Shown piece after piece: positions 1 through 12,811 of a stretch of DNA of 53,211 nt. Position 1 is the first letter of the stretch. Each line of letters begins with the position of its first letter. The DNA is from Octopus bimaculoides. Its lineage: Eukaryota. Location: the NCBI RefSeq assembly GCF_001194135.2, contig NC_068993.1, positions 59,239,843-59,293,053 of the forward strand, written 5' to 3'. The notes under the pieces were generated by a model that did no database searches, had not been told where the DNA came from, and worked only from the letters and a program-made list of their open reading frames with translations. The position numbers and the translations under genes were made by a program.

Positions 1-769
1 ATATATGCATACATCTGTGTACATATATGTATGCAAACACACATCTATATGTGTGTATATGCGTGTGATGTGGTGTGTGTGTTTGTGTAGGCATGCATTA
101 CGCTCTGTGAACGCATTAAACACTCATTTCTAAACAAATATATACATATTGAAACGTACGCAGATGTACCTTATGGGTGCCTTATTAATTTCTAAAGCCT
201 TACGAAGAGCATCGATGCCCTTTATCATAAATCTATATTCAAGCAAAACTTATTGTCCTCACAGTGTGGTGTTTCGCAGGGAGCACGTGTCTGATATTTC
301 TAGCATGACAAGCGACCACGTAGAGTTATCTCTCGATATATAACGATAGAATCGTTTTTTTTTTGGGGGGGGGGGGGTCAGACGATTTGCGGTAGTTATT
401 ACATTTATCTGTTTTAGACAAACGTTATATGTGAGTTTCGATCTCTTGACCTCGTATTTTACAACGAATGGAATCAATTACACTGCTTTAATGGAAAATA
501 TCAAAAGGTTTCGTTATCAATTCAACATTAAATTGAAGTTTGTACATCGCTCTATAGAATTTACTTCGCCTTTCCCTCTCCACCCCTCACTCTTTCACTT
601 TATTCCTCTTTGTCTTTCTATTCCTCTATCTCTTTATCTCCATTTCATTCAGGCACCTTCTTTCTCGTTCTCTCTCAGACGCACATGCGCACTCGTGCTT
701 TCTCCTTATCTCGAACACATTTTCGTTCTATCTTCTACTATTTGTATTTCTAATTATTCCAGTCCACCA

Positions 770-859
770 CCCTATCTCTCTCTCTCCCTCATTTCTCTCT
801 CTCTTTTACTTTCTCTCTTCTCTCTATCTCTCTCTTTCTCCTCTCTCTCATCCTCTCTT

Positions 860-916
<57 letters not shown>

Positions 917-1153
917 ATGTCTGTCTGTCTGTCTGCCTGTATGGATGTATGTATGTCTGCTTGCCTGTCTATCTATCTATCTATCTATCTATCAACCTTT
1001 CTTTATTCCGGTATTACTTCCTCACTTTCTGTCTTTTGTCCTTTTAACTGTCTTTCTCTTTCTCTCTATCTCTTTCCCTACATCATTCTTTCTCTTTCTC
1101 ACTCTACTCCTCTTTGCTTCTCACACGTTCTTCCTTTCTTTCTCTCTCTCTCA

Positions 1154-1193
<40 letters not shown>

Positions 1194-1272
1194 CTATCTA
1201 CATCTCACCACCTTTCTAAGTCTTCGACTTTGTTTATCCTTTTTGCACACACACACACACACACACACACAC
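770..1272. repeat. Compound (CT)n/(CTAT)n/(CA)n microsatellite field
   Basis: Directly visible. Confidence 0.95.
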
Positions 1273-1859
1273 CAGTTCATCAAACGATTCAGTTCACGGT
1301 TGAAAGATCACAGCAACAACAATAACAACAATAACAGCTACATGACTAAGATTACTGAATGTGTGAATTTTAATTGCTATAGCCGTTCGTAGAATTTATT
1401 CCGAAAGACAATGTCTAAGACGTTTTGTAATTCTAGTGCAAGAAGACATACAAAACTATCAGTGCCAGAAAATAGATATATCACGAAAGATTCAAACGCA
1501 TTCCAATTGTATAACTATGTCTGCGTGCCGCAATTAACTTCTGTAATAATAGTTTATAGTGTATTGTAACACTAAGCATTGTAGGCAACGAGCAGTAAAG
1601 GTTGCATGGAAGAAGATTAAATAACAATGCAAGACAGAGATTATAATGTCAGAATTCAATCTAATAAATATATGTAATAAAGATTGGTGCAAGATGTTAT
1701 ATAAGAAACTTGCTTGTTGCATTGATCTTCTTGGCATTGCAGGCGGAACGGTGTGAACACATTTTCAAATAGCTTTACATTGTTTCATGAAAGACATATC
1801 AGATACACATGTGTGTGTGTGTATATATATATGTATGTATGTATGTATAAATAATACAA

Positions 1860-2345
1860 AATGAGACAAGGACGCAAAACATCCAGACAGTTAGGCGATA
1901 CAAGAAAGGGATAAAACATCCAGATAGACGACACAAAGAAAACACGGACAGGTCATTCGGAGTTTTCTCTCTTCAGTCGAGATCCAGATTATCCTTGGAA
2001 TTTCGGCTGGTTATTCTCGATATTGCTCTAATCTGGCCAGCTCCAAGGAAAAACTAGGCTAAGAGCATTAGATTCCTTGGAAGAAAGCAGCGAATGTATA
2101 CAAAAACAAGGACGAAATAAACGAATAATGTTACACAAATACAATAAGAATAATAACAGGACATAACAACAGATGTCTTTCGTCTAAGGACGAATTGAGT
2201 TAAGCTGGCGTATATGGAAATATGGCCTTACAGTCGGGATACAAGATTTCACAGGCACATGAAGAAATAACGATGTTGCACGCACAACAGCCGCCCAAGA
2301 AAGAAAGGTCAGGCTTGCCCGAACACCGGTCACGTGGGATGAGAA
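1860..2345. repeat. Unclassified probable interspersed repeat
   Basis: Compositionally distinct block between microsatellites with internal short repeats (acaaggacg, aaaacatccaga); no credible ORF; no second copy in the window. Confidence 0.35.
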
Positions 2346-2766
2346 GAGAGAGAGATAGAGGCAGAGGGACAAAAGCATTATGGAGGGACGAGAAAAAATG
2401 ACAGGGACACAGTGAAGTGAAAAGTGGAGGGAAAGTGAGTAAGAAGAGAAGGCAAGGAAATGTGAGCGAGGGGGAACGAAAGAACGAACAGCGGAATAAA
2501 CGAATAAGGGTGAAGGGGCTGATAGACAGAAATAGAGTCATAAAAGATTTAGAAAAATGTATACTTACATATAAGAGACAAGGTGTAGGTACGATATGAA
2601 TGTATGTATATATTTGTATAAATATGGTATTTGATTTGAACTCATTTTTTCTGTTTCGTTATAGAGATGTCAGTTAAGTGTGTGTGTGTGTGTGTGTGCG
2701 AGTGCGCGCGCATTTATTTATGTAAATATATTTGATCTGTACTAATTTTGGCTTTCTCTTTCGGTA

Positions 2767-2830
<64 letters not shown>

Positions 2831-3741
2831 TTTTNNNNNNNNNNNNNNNNNNNNNNNNNNNNNNNNNNNNNNNNNNNNNNNNNNNNNNNNNNNNNNNNNN
2901 NNNNNNNNNNNNNNNNNNNNNNNNNNNNNNNNNNNNNNNNNNNNNNNNNNNNNNNNNNNNNNNNNNNNNNNNNNNNNNNNNNNNNNNNNNNNNNNNNNNN
3001 NNNNNNNNNNNNNNNNNNNNNNNNNNNNNNNNNNNNNNNNNNNNNNNNNNNNNNNNNNNNNNNNNNNNNNNNNNNNNNNNNNNNNNNNNNNNNNNNNNNN
3101 NNNNNNNNNNNNNNNNNNNNNNNNNNNNNNNNNNNNNNNNNNNNNNNNNNNNNNNNNNNNNNNNNNNNNNNNNNNNNNNNNNNNNNNNNNNNNNNNNNNN
3201 NNNNNNNNNNNNNNNNNNNNNNNNNNNNNNNNNNNNNNNNNNNNNNNNNNNNNNNNNNNNNNNNNNNNNNNNNNNNNNNNNNNNNNNNNNNNNNNNNNNN
3301 NNNNNNNNNNNNNNNNNNNNNNNNNNNNNNNNNNNNNNNNNNNNNNNNNNNNNNNNNNNNNNNNNNNNNNNNNNNNNNNNNNNNNNNNNNNNNNNNNNNN
3401 NNNNNNNNNNNNNNNNNNNNNNNNNNNNNNNNNNNNNNNNNNNNNNNNNNNNNNNNNNNNNNNNNNNNNNNNNNNNNNNNNNNNNNNNNNNNNNNNNNNN
3501 NNNNNNNNNNNNNNNNNNNNNNNNNNNNNNNNNNNNNNNNNNNNNNNNNNNNNNNNNNNNNNNNNNNNNNNNNNNNNNNNNNNNNNNNNNNNNNNNNNNN
3601 NNNNNNNNNNNNNNNNNNNNNNNNNNNNNNNNNNNNNNNNNNNNNNNNNNNNNNNNNNNNNNNNNNNNNNNNNNNNNNNNNNNNNNNNNNNNNNNNNNNN
3701 NNNNNNNNNNNNNNNNNNNNNNNNNNNNNNNNNNNNNNNNN

Positions 3742-3786
<45 letters not shown>

Positions 3787-3859
3787 CGACAGATTCAGAA
3801 TAACAGACCGATTGACTTAAACCGGATCTCGGAAATAATTTCATCTTTAATTTTATAAT

Positions 3860-4915
3860 TCCAATTCTAATATAATTTAGAACTACAACACTAAGCCATT
3901 CTTAGATATAGATGTCAGAATAAAAAGCAACTTTTATAACTCTGTCTACCTAAAAACATAAACAAATGCCTATTCGTGCTCGGCAGCAATGAGTCTCCAC
4001 AGATATAAAATATTTATAGTCCGCGTATTAAGTAGCTGACGTAATTTCCCTTCTAAGACGAGCTTATATATTCTTATTCACTAAATAAGCATTGATTAAT
4101 CTTATGAGTAAAACAACAATGTTTTACTCACAATAATGGCAATCTCAATAAATTAAAAGACCATCTGTACGGATACAACGAATACATCACAGAGTATAGA
4201 AACACAAACTACACATATGTTATACAAAAATTAAATGCTTTCCAGATAGAATAGATGATTATCCCTTAAAATATTCATAAAACAGGGCCAATGTATCACA
4301 CCTAGTCACAAAAGCATTGTTAGAATATTTACACCAACACCAGAACGACAAATATTCTCAACAATATGAAACCACAGGTTTGTAAACCACAGAGCAATAC
4401 TTAATACAAATTTTAATATAAAAATAATGGCACGAACTATTAAATTAGACACATACGTAAGGCAATTATTCGTCAAGCTTATCATACATTTATAACAAGA
4501 GGCCATTGAAACGCATTACAATACAATTCATAAAATACAATTAGAGTTAAAATATCAGTTGACGGTATTACCACTTCATATAGAATTCCACAAGCAATGA
4601 GAATTTTAATTATGGAAGCTTTACTAATTCGCAAAATACAAACCAAAAATCGATACAGAGATATAGGACAGGTAAAATAAAGCATAGATTTTTGCCAAAA
4701 GTTAAGCATGAAATAAATTTTAAATCCCCAATGTTGTTGATTGCATCAGTTAAATAAACAATATTCTTATGATCTCTTGCAAACTATTTAAAACCGCGTG
4801 AACAACACGCCATTAGGTAATTATAGAGGCATCGATATAGCGGGTATTTTAAATATCGTCTTCGATGAACCTAGCTGAAGAAGACTAACCAGATTTACGA
4901 AACCAAACATATTGT
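3860..4915 (+). mobile_element. Degenerate Penelope-like retroelement 3' part (RT end plus GIY-YIG endonuclease)
   Basis: Manual translation across stops and frameshifts gives KPFLDIDV..FYNSVYLKT (3893 onward), LLRRAY, PQSNT*YKF, TYVRQ..HL*QEAIETH and RILIMEALLIRK (~4600-4636), in the order expected for Penelope/Poseidon ORFs. A ctgaagaag..cgaaac terminal-type motif lies near 4876-4905. Confidence 0.7.
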
Positions 4916-5192
4916 GGAAAGTCCGAAACTCGAGTACTAGGTTATCCATTCTGGGTTGTCCATTTATCTGGCGTTTTTCCTAGAAGTAAGACGAAACTTT
5001 CTTTATGTTCGCCGCCCGCACACATCTTTGCCTGTATACGTTCTGAGAAGCTTTACATAGCCTCGTACGGTTATCGACTGCTATTTCCAGCAAACATCGA
5101 TGCCTTGTTGTGCCACTGTTTCATTTTTATAATTCTACCTTTACGGTGCTTTATTTAGCTGGAAAATTATACTATTGTATTGCAATAATAAT

Positions 5193-5227
<35 letters not shown>

Positions 5228-5705
5228 AAACTAGNNNNNNNNNNNNNNNNNNNNNNNNNNNNATATATATATATATATATATAGGAAACTAAATGGGAAA
5301 TGTTTTTATTTTTCATTCCTTTCGAAATTTTATCCCTAATAGTGGTTTGGAACTTAGCTGTTCTTTCTAGCATGAGGGAATCCTATGATGGATACCGCTT
5401 ATGTGTTTAAGCTTACACTATATTTATATGAATAATATATAGTCTATGGACTAAATTTTTATAGGCTAGGCCACTGGTAGTATAAATTTCTAATATTTCT
5501 ATTTCCCTTCGATATTATACACATGCATATGTAGATATGTGTGTGTACGTGTGTGTGTGTGTGTGTGTACGCGTGTGCGTGTGTATATGTGACAAAAGGA
5601 CGCATAGTATGAATCGAATCTCAGTATATTAATGCTGACTTTCCTTTTTTTTTTTACCTAGAAATACAATATTTGATAGGTGTGCCGTTTGGCCAATATC
5701 AGACA

Positions 5706-5803
5706 ATGAAAAGGTAAAAATCGATCCCGGTGTGGTTTGATCCCGTAACCTTTAAAACTAAACTACAGCAAAGCATTTTCACTGATGCTCAATCGATTCC
5801 ACC
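5706..5803 (-). mobile_element. Degenerate SINE family A copy
   Basis: Reverse complement resembles the family A head and body (gaatcgattgagc..aaaatgc..ttttcat). Confidence 0.45.
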
Positions 5804-5830
5804 ATTAAATGCCTTGTTCCGTTACACAAC

Positions 5831-5905
5831 GCTGCCCAATTCGAGAATCGAACCCACGACCTTACTATCGTAAATCCAACGGACTAACCACTAATCTACA
5901 CGACT
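5831..5905 (-). mobile_element. tRNA-derived SINE head
   Basis: Reverse complement has A-box-like TAGATTAGTGG and B-box GGTTCGATTC at tRNA spacing; the acceptor stem does not pair well, so not a functional tRNA. Confidence 0.55.
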
Positions 5906-6287
5906 TTCGTAAGCCTACGTATCACGTGCCGCCGTTAGGCATCGCCTAAATAGATACATTGTCAAGTGCTCACCTGAATCACACCTCTTTACGTTTAGAA
6001 TTCATTTAAATGTCAAATAATTGAGTTTCCTCCGTTTTTGCTGCATTATATTGCACTTGTATGCCATGGATTCATAATAAGGAAGCCTCGAACCATTGTT
6101 GCTCGTCGTCGTCTCCATTGTTGTTGTCGTCGTCACCGTCACTCTTTTTATTATTCTCGTATCGTCAGTCGGAGAAAAGTCAATCTAATTTCATAATTTA
6201 CAGACAATAAACGCCCATAGAATATTGGCTTTCATGAGTCAATTGCCATATACAATGATCGCATATATATATATATATAATAATGAC

Positions 6288-6333
<46 letters not shown>

Positions 6334-6695
6334 CCTTTTCTTAACATTTACACCAGAAGGCTTGCATAACAATACGTAAACAAAGCGATTCGACTCAACT
6401 CGCATGTCTCTATCAAATTACTCAATATGCAAGAAATAGCAGTTCATTTATATTACACACCATATTGTCTTCATATAAAGTAAGAAGGCATCGAGCCAAT
6501 GAGGAAGCCCCCTATGTGATTGATCGGTCGAGTAAAATAGCAAATAAATCTCTTTCAAACTACACCGTATCGTCTTAAAAATAGGAAACGGAACAAGGAG
6601 GCGATTTCTCTGTTTCTGAAAATTTCAACGTTAATGCAGATGTAGATATTGAGTGTAACTGAGTGAACGTCTGTGTGCGTGTGCGTGTGTGTGTC

Positions 6696-6866
6696 TAAAG
6701 TTTTACAGATTTTTGCAGTTCCAATGAGGGATTGGATCTGTAGTCTTTGAATTAGCTTTCTCCTTTCTGGTTTTGAGAATCCTAATTCCTCAAGATTGGT
6801 ATTTAGGCAGTATGTTACATATCCCAGGGCCCCAATAATTATAGATATAGACCTGAACTTGTAATC
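6696..6866 (-). mobile_element. R4/Dong-like non-LTR retrotransposon, C-terminal RLE fragment
   Basis: DYKFRSISIIIGALGYVTYCLNTNLEELGF...LQIQSLIGTAKICKTL matches the IIIGALG...LQ...GTAKI C-terminus of RLE-encoding elements; bounded by microsatellites. Confidence 0.7.
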
Positions 6867-6894
6867 TGTATGTATGTATGTATGTATGTACATA

Positions 6895-7078
6895 ATCTGA
6901 TGTTGATTTTTAAACCAGCAGGGTGAAAGCTTTTTCCCCAATGGGGTCCAAGCACTGCAACACCGATGGGAAAAGTGTATTGGACCGCAAAGGGATTATG
7001 TTGAAAAATAAGCCTCATTTGGTCACATTCCATAAGAGAACCTTGATCAGCCAATGAACGTTTCAGCCAACCTTGGTA
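6895..7078 (+). mobile_element. Tc1/mariner 3' end (transposase C-terminus and right TIR)
   Basis: FLNQQGESFFPNGVQALQHRWEKCIGPQRDYVEK* (TAA 7009-7011) matches the mariner ending FF..GI..L..RWEKC....DYVEK; followed by TIR-like gaacgtttcagccaaccttggTA. Confidence 0.8.
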
Positions 7079-8170
7079 TCTATGCATGAATAAATGCGTG
7101 TGTGTGTGGACGTGAGTGGGGGTGGGGTGGGTCGAGGTTCTGTGTACGACAAATCACGAACACCCATGCTATGTTGTTAGAATTAAGAAACAAAAGATGG
7201 TTTAATGAGTTTAGGTAGCAAAATTGAATAAAGTTAAGGATTCATATTACATCATATTAGAACCATTGTGAACTAAAAGAAGATTCCATAATGGTGAGAA
7301 TCCGATAATGGAATTCACCATTTTATTTGCCTCTATTAAAGTTAAGAAGACATTAACTAGAGCCAAGACTACGATATTCTTTCTTTCTCCCCTTTCAGTC
7401 GTTCAGTTCCTTCGTTTATTTATTCAAATTATTCTTTATTCCGCTTCACGTTTACGTCTTTTTTTCTGTCATTTCTCTCTTTTCGCTTCTCTCTAAACTT
7501 ATTTACAGCGACAGGATTCTGGACGAGTGAACTCGTGCAATTAAAGCAGTAATCTTAGAGGAACGAAGCCATCATACAAAAGGCATGCTAGGCATACACA
7601 CACAGACACACTCAGACACAATCCAGCATATACATTCACTTGCATACATACATACATACATACATACATACATACATACATACATACATAGAGACAGACA
7701 TATAGACAGATATACGTCTGATGAGGGTATATATATATANNNNNNNNNNNNNNNNNNNNNNNNNNNNNNNNNNNNNNNNNNNNNNNNNNNNNNNNNNNNN
7801 NNNNNNNNNNNNNNNNNNNNNNNNNNNNNNNNNNNNNNNNNNNNNNNNNNNNNNNNNNNNNNNNNNNNNNNNNNNNNNNNNNNNNNNNNNNNNNNNNNNN
7901 NNNNNNNNNNNNNNNNNNNNNNNNNNNNNNNNNNNNNNNNNNNNNNNNNNNNNNNNNNNNNNNNNNNNNNNNNNNNNNNNNNNNNNNNNNNNNNNNNNNN
8001 NNNNNNNNNNNNNNNNNNNNNNNNNNNNNNNNNNNNNNNNNNNNNNNNNNNNNNNNNNNNNNNNNNNNNNNNNNNNNNNNNNNNNNNNNNNNNNNNNNNN
8101 NNNNNNNNNNNNNNNNNNNNNNNNNNNNNNNNNNNNNNNNNNNNNNNNNNNNNNNNNNNNNNNNNNNNNN

Positions 8171-8204
<34 letters not shown>

Positions 8205-8287
8205 TGTGCGTGTGTCTGTGTGTGTGCATCTATCTAACTATCTATTTATCTATTCATCTATCTGTCTATATATGTGCATATATATAT

Positions 8288-8345
<58 letters not shown>

Positions 8346-8880
8346 GCATACATACATGTATGTGTGTGTGTGTGTGTGTGTTTGCTTATGTATATATGGA
8401 AAAACAATAACTTTTCAAGATGTCGGAGAAACGCATCCATTGGCTATATCCAGTCGCGCGTAATTAACATGTAGATTTAAGCAATGATGCAGCAATTAAT
8501 ATTAAATGAAGCAAGAAGGACATCCAAGAATAATTTACGAATAATGAATATAGTTTAAAATAAAACTAACTGGAAAAAAAAATGGGTTGGAGGCGGATAA
8601 CTGGAATGCCAATTAAAATGATTTTAATGAAAAGAAAAAAAAAAGGAAGGAAGGAAGGATGAATTATCAAATAAAAATTAATCGAATGACAATATCGTTT
8701 GTATTTAAGAGTAAAATGAGTGAAGGATGAATTAGAAGAAAAATTATAAGATAATTAAAGTAATTAAAGGAATTAATAAAGGAGATAACTGTCTGCAAAC
8801 TTAAAGGGGTAAATATGGGTGTGCTATTCATGGTAACATATTCGTGTATTTAGTGGAGGTATGAGTTTTAAGGAAGGGAG

Positions 8881-8956
<76 letters not shown>

Positions 8957-9500
8957 TTTGCGTGTGTATGTGCATGTTTTTATGTGTGTGAGTGTGTTTA
9001 TAAGTTTTCGGATTCAAAGTTTGGAATATCCTCTTTGAAGAGGATCGTACAATTGGACCGAAGTCAATAATAGAGATTTCCTTGCATTATTCGTAAGCTT
9101 TATTCCACTTTCCCCCAGACACCTGGGAGGAGAAGATTCTGCAGTGCGATGAATGAAGCCCATCGCTGAAGCTCGTAATTCCAGCCATTAAGGAGAAACA
9201 ACACAGAGAATACGAAAGTTCACATAGGAGGTGTCACTTCTACGTTGCGCCTAGTTGCAGCAGATATCGTTGCTTCAGATCGAAAGCAGACTTTTTCACC
9301 CACGCACGAACCTGAGGAATAGGATTTCTGAACAGAACAGTCAACGTCGACTTAAGACGGACAGCCGACGACAATGACTTCGGAAAGGATCGATGGGCCA
9401 CGCTTTCGCGGTCCGTAATCGTACTGAAAATCAAGATCGAGCGAGCTTTAGCCCATATACATACATACATACATAAATACATACATAAATGCATACACCC

Positions 9501-9547
<47 letters not shown>

Positions 9548-9780
9548 TACAAGCACGCACACACACACATATTTATAAGTATATGTGTTTGTGTATGTAT
9601 GAACGTGCATATGTATGTGTGTGTGTGTGTGCATATTTGTGCGCGTGTGTGTGTGGGGGGGTATGTGTGTACATATGTGTTTATGAAAGACTGCTGGTCA
9701 GATGAGGAATATGCTTACCAATGGCTTCTCTGCCTCTATCTCTAATTAATAACGAATGCTATAAATATGTCGTAAATAAC

Positions 9781-9919
9781 GAGTACTTAATTTATCGACC
9801 CCGAAAGGATGAAAGGCAGAGTCGACCTCGGCGGAATTTGAACTCAGAACGTAACGGCAGACGAAATACCGCTAAGCATTTCGCCCGGCGTGTTAACGAT
9901 TCTGCCAGCTCGCCGCCCT
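9781..9919 (-). mobile_element. tRNA-derived SINE family A
   Basis: Reverse complement ggcggcgagctggcagaatcgttaacacgccgggcgaaatgcttagcgg..gagttcaaattccgccgaggtcgac..cctttcggggtcgataaattaagtac, near-consensus with the + strand copies. Confidence 0.9.
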
Positions 9920-9920
9920 A

Positions 9921-10317
9921 CTGATGATACTATTAATATTGACAGACGTAGTAACATCTCCCAGACCTGTGATAGATACATCACATTGCCCCCAGAAGAA
10001 TATTCTTTTTCTAATCTGAAATAGGATGTAGCAACTAAATGCTTGATCGATAAAGGAGATAAAATTACCTTCAAACTTCCACCTCGTGATAGAAAATATG
10101 GATTGAGCCGTACCATTGTTGAAGATATCATTCACATCAGCAACAGCAACAAAATACGCTCGCAAGTTACTGCTTTCCCAGGAGACATGGCTTTGTGACA
10201 AAAGCAATTTGCAATGTTATCTGCGGAAAGGATTATCTTGACGGTCATGCCAAAGACAGATTTGAAGTGAGGTGTACTCACACCTTTTAAAGTAATGAAT
10301 GTTGGCGAAATAATCAA
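9921..10317 (+). pseudogene. Possible decayed ORF, probably TE-derived
   Basis: One frame reads about 130 codons with only 3 internal stops (DDTINIDRR..KITFKLPPRDRKYGLSRTIVEDII..ERIILTVMPK..); no motif I can identify. Confidence 0.3.
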
Positions 10318-11050
10318 ATAAAAGCTGCAAACACAAACACGATAGGAACAAGCTTGATATTGTTGTGTAAACTAGAAACAAAAGGCAGACATTGCTGTAA
10401 AGAAAAAATTACCCGTGGATGTGAATGTCTTTCAAAATTTGTAATAAAAGAATAACCAATGGGTTCAACTTGTGTATGTGAGTATATTTCAAGAGAAATA
10501 TACTCACATACACAAACGGAGATAGAGAGAAAGAGACATATGCACACAGAAAGAATGAGAGAGAGAGAGAGAGAGGGAGAGAGAGAGAGAGAGAGATAGA
10601 GAAATACATACAGTGAGAAACAAATACATACAGAGATAGATAAAACATGCAGAGAGAGTGGGGAGTTAGAGAACAAGGGAAACGTTAAAACATTTACTGT
10701 CAAATAAGTCAACGTCGAAGCAGCGACGGCAAATAGGTGGCACCAAAGCAACCATACTTGTCTTTAGAATATCGTTCCAAATGATTTTTGGTTAAATCCT
10801 TTAACGTTCAGATTTCCGATCCTGGTCAGTTGACTTCATTCTCCCGAGCTTCAATGAAATGAGTACATATCCACAAAAACAAGCCTCACCGTGCAGAATC
10901 ACATTCATATAACTCCCCACGAAGGTCCTTAGAATGGGATGCTCCAGCACGATAAATACAATGAGTGAAACTAGTAGAATCGTAAAAGCATACCTATACC
11001 ATTATTTTACCGTTTCTATGTAACCGACCCACTTATTCTTAGAGTAATGT

Positions 11051-11194
11051 AACTTCCTGACATTGTTCCGGAAGTTTTATCCTTCAAATTTGCTTCGTTT
11101 CCGTTTTCTTTCCTTTTGTTCGTATCCATAACCGATTGCTTGATTGGTCTAAAGATAGCCTGAAGCACGCAGCTCCGTACGCGAGCGGGTAAGA
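11051..11194 (+). promoter_or_regulatory. Promoter-like motif cluster with strong 5' splice donor
   Basis: Inverted ETS-type cores (aacttcc 11051, ggaagtt 11070), ATTGG at 11143, a CpG-rich stretch, then cgg|GTAAGA at 11189. Confidence 0.3.
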
Positions 11195-11274
11195 TTGTGT
11201 AAATTGATAATGGAGTTACATAATCATACAAAAAGTCATATACATGATTGCACACGTTGCACACATATGTGAGC

Positions 11275-11381
<107 letters not shown>

Positions 11382-11505
11382 TGTGTGTATGCATGGATGT
11401 ATGGATGCATATACGTATGTATGTGAGTGCGTGTGTGTGTGTTTAAATATATATGTATACACTTATGCATATCTATATAGAATGAAGACACTATCGCTTT
11501 ATCCA

Positions 11506-11547
<42 letters not shown>

Positions 11548-12558
11548 CCTCTCTCTCCCCCTCTCTTTGCGTGCGTGCTTGCTTGCACACTATATTAGTG
11601 CTCGTCAAAAATGATGCGGTTTATTCTTCCTCTTAGTAATCACTTTACTTTTTCAATTATTTTTATTGTTTATCGACCAACATTTGCTTTTCTTAATTTC
11701 CTATCTATTTTTGTGGGGTTTGCATAATTTTCTTCTCTCCGATACCCAGCTATTGACTTCTGGCTATAATTTTTGTTTTCTATCTTCAGCTCGGATTGGA
11801 GAAGTTTCTCAGTGACTGAGAATTTCTTCCGCTTCACTCGCAATAACCTGTTGTATACCCGAAAATCATCCCTTAGATTTCTTCTTCACATATTCCATTA
11901 CCTTTTTGGTTCCGCCTGTCTGTTTGTCTCTCTATCTATCTAGAGGATCTTACTGACGAACAGTTGCTGATGTTGGGTAAAGTCTAACATTCAAGAAATC
12001 TGAAGAGAGTTTAGTGTTGGTAACAATTTATTCGCAGTGTCACGAGCAGAAAATCTAACACTTTGAGTATTAAAGAGTAGAGAAACACCAAAGTGCTATC
12101 AGCTTGACAGTTGGTAGCGAATGAGGAGGAAAGACATAGTAACGGGAAGATAAGCGGTATAATATATAGATTATAGCTATTAATGTAGTTTCTCCAATAG
12201 AAGAATAACATGTAAGGAAAACTATTTGAAAACTTCCCCGTCATATGTAAGAATCTGAAAATAGAAACATCAAAAGACGCTGCAGTAGAGAGAGATAAGA
12301 GCTGTTCTTGTAATGCTAGCGTGTTAGGGGCAGTGAAGATTGATACAAAGCAGAAAATCGAAGAACTGTCATGTAAACTTTCCAAGGCTTATGTGAAACT
12401 CGGTGAATAGGAATTCGAAAAAAGAGTTTATGTTCTCAGAAAAATGATTATCAATAATATTTAAAAAGGAAAAAGTTTATGACCTCAAATCTATTTGACT
12501 GTAGAGTGACACAGTAGATTCAGTAAAGTTGAGTACTTGTAGGTTAAAAATAGCAAGT

Positions 12559-12617
<59 letters not shown>

Positions 12618-12659
12618 TAATAATGATGATGATGATAAAAGATTCATAAAAACCCGTCA

Positions 12660-12811
12660 ATGCGAAACGGGACAGGAAAATTATGGGGCATGAGGAAAGT
12701 AATGGTGATACCAGTGGTAATTGGAGCGTTAGGGGCAGTTTTCAAGGGGTTTGGAAAATATATTTAGAATATTGGAGCAGCCCAAGGTGATCCAGAAGAC
12801 AGCCTTGTACA
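12660..12811 (+). mobile_element. R4/Dong-like RLE C-terminal fragment
   Basis: KLWGMRKVMVIPVVIGALGAVFKGFGKYI*NIGA/VIQKTAL; follows a (TAA)n array at ~12559-12623 and is cut by an N-gap. Confidence 0.75.

Noticed and set aside
431-1392. 262-aa and overlapping ORFs
   Set aside because: Translation of (CT)n, (CTAT)n and (CA)n repeats, which lack stops in these frames.
5205-5290. Direct repeat tataggaaacta on both sides of a gap
   Set aside because: Typical overlap of contig ends across a small scaffold gap; probably an assembly artefact.
7509-7590. Exon after a long pyrimidine tract and ttacag
   Set aside because: All three frames contain stops and there is no convincing donor; could only be non-coding.
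12213-12408. ~64-codon open frame GKLFENFPV...
   Set aside because: No start, no clear splice sites and no motif; within chance for a 53-kb window.
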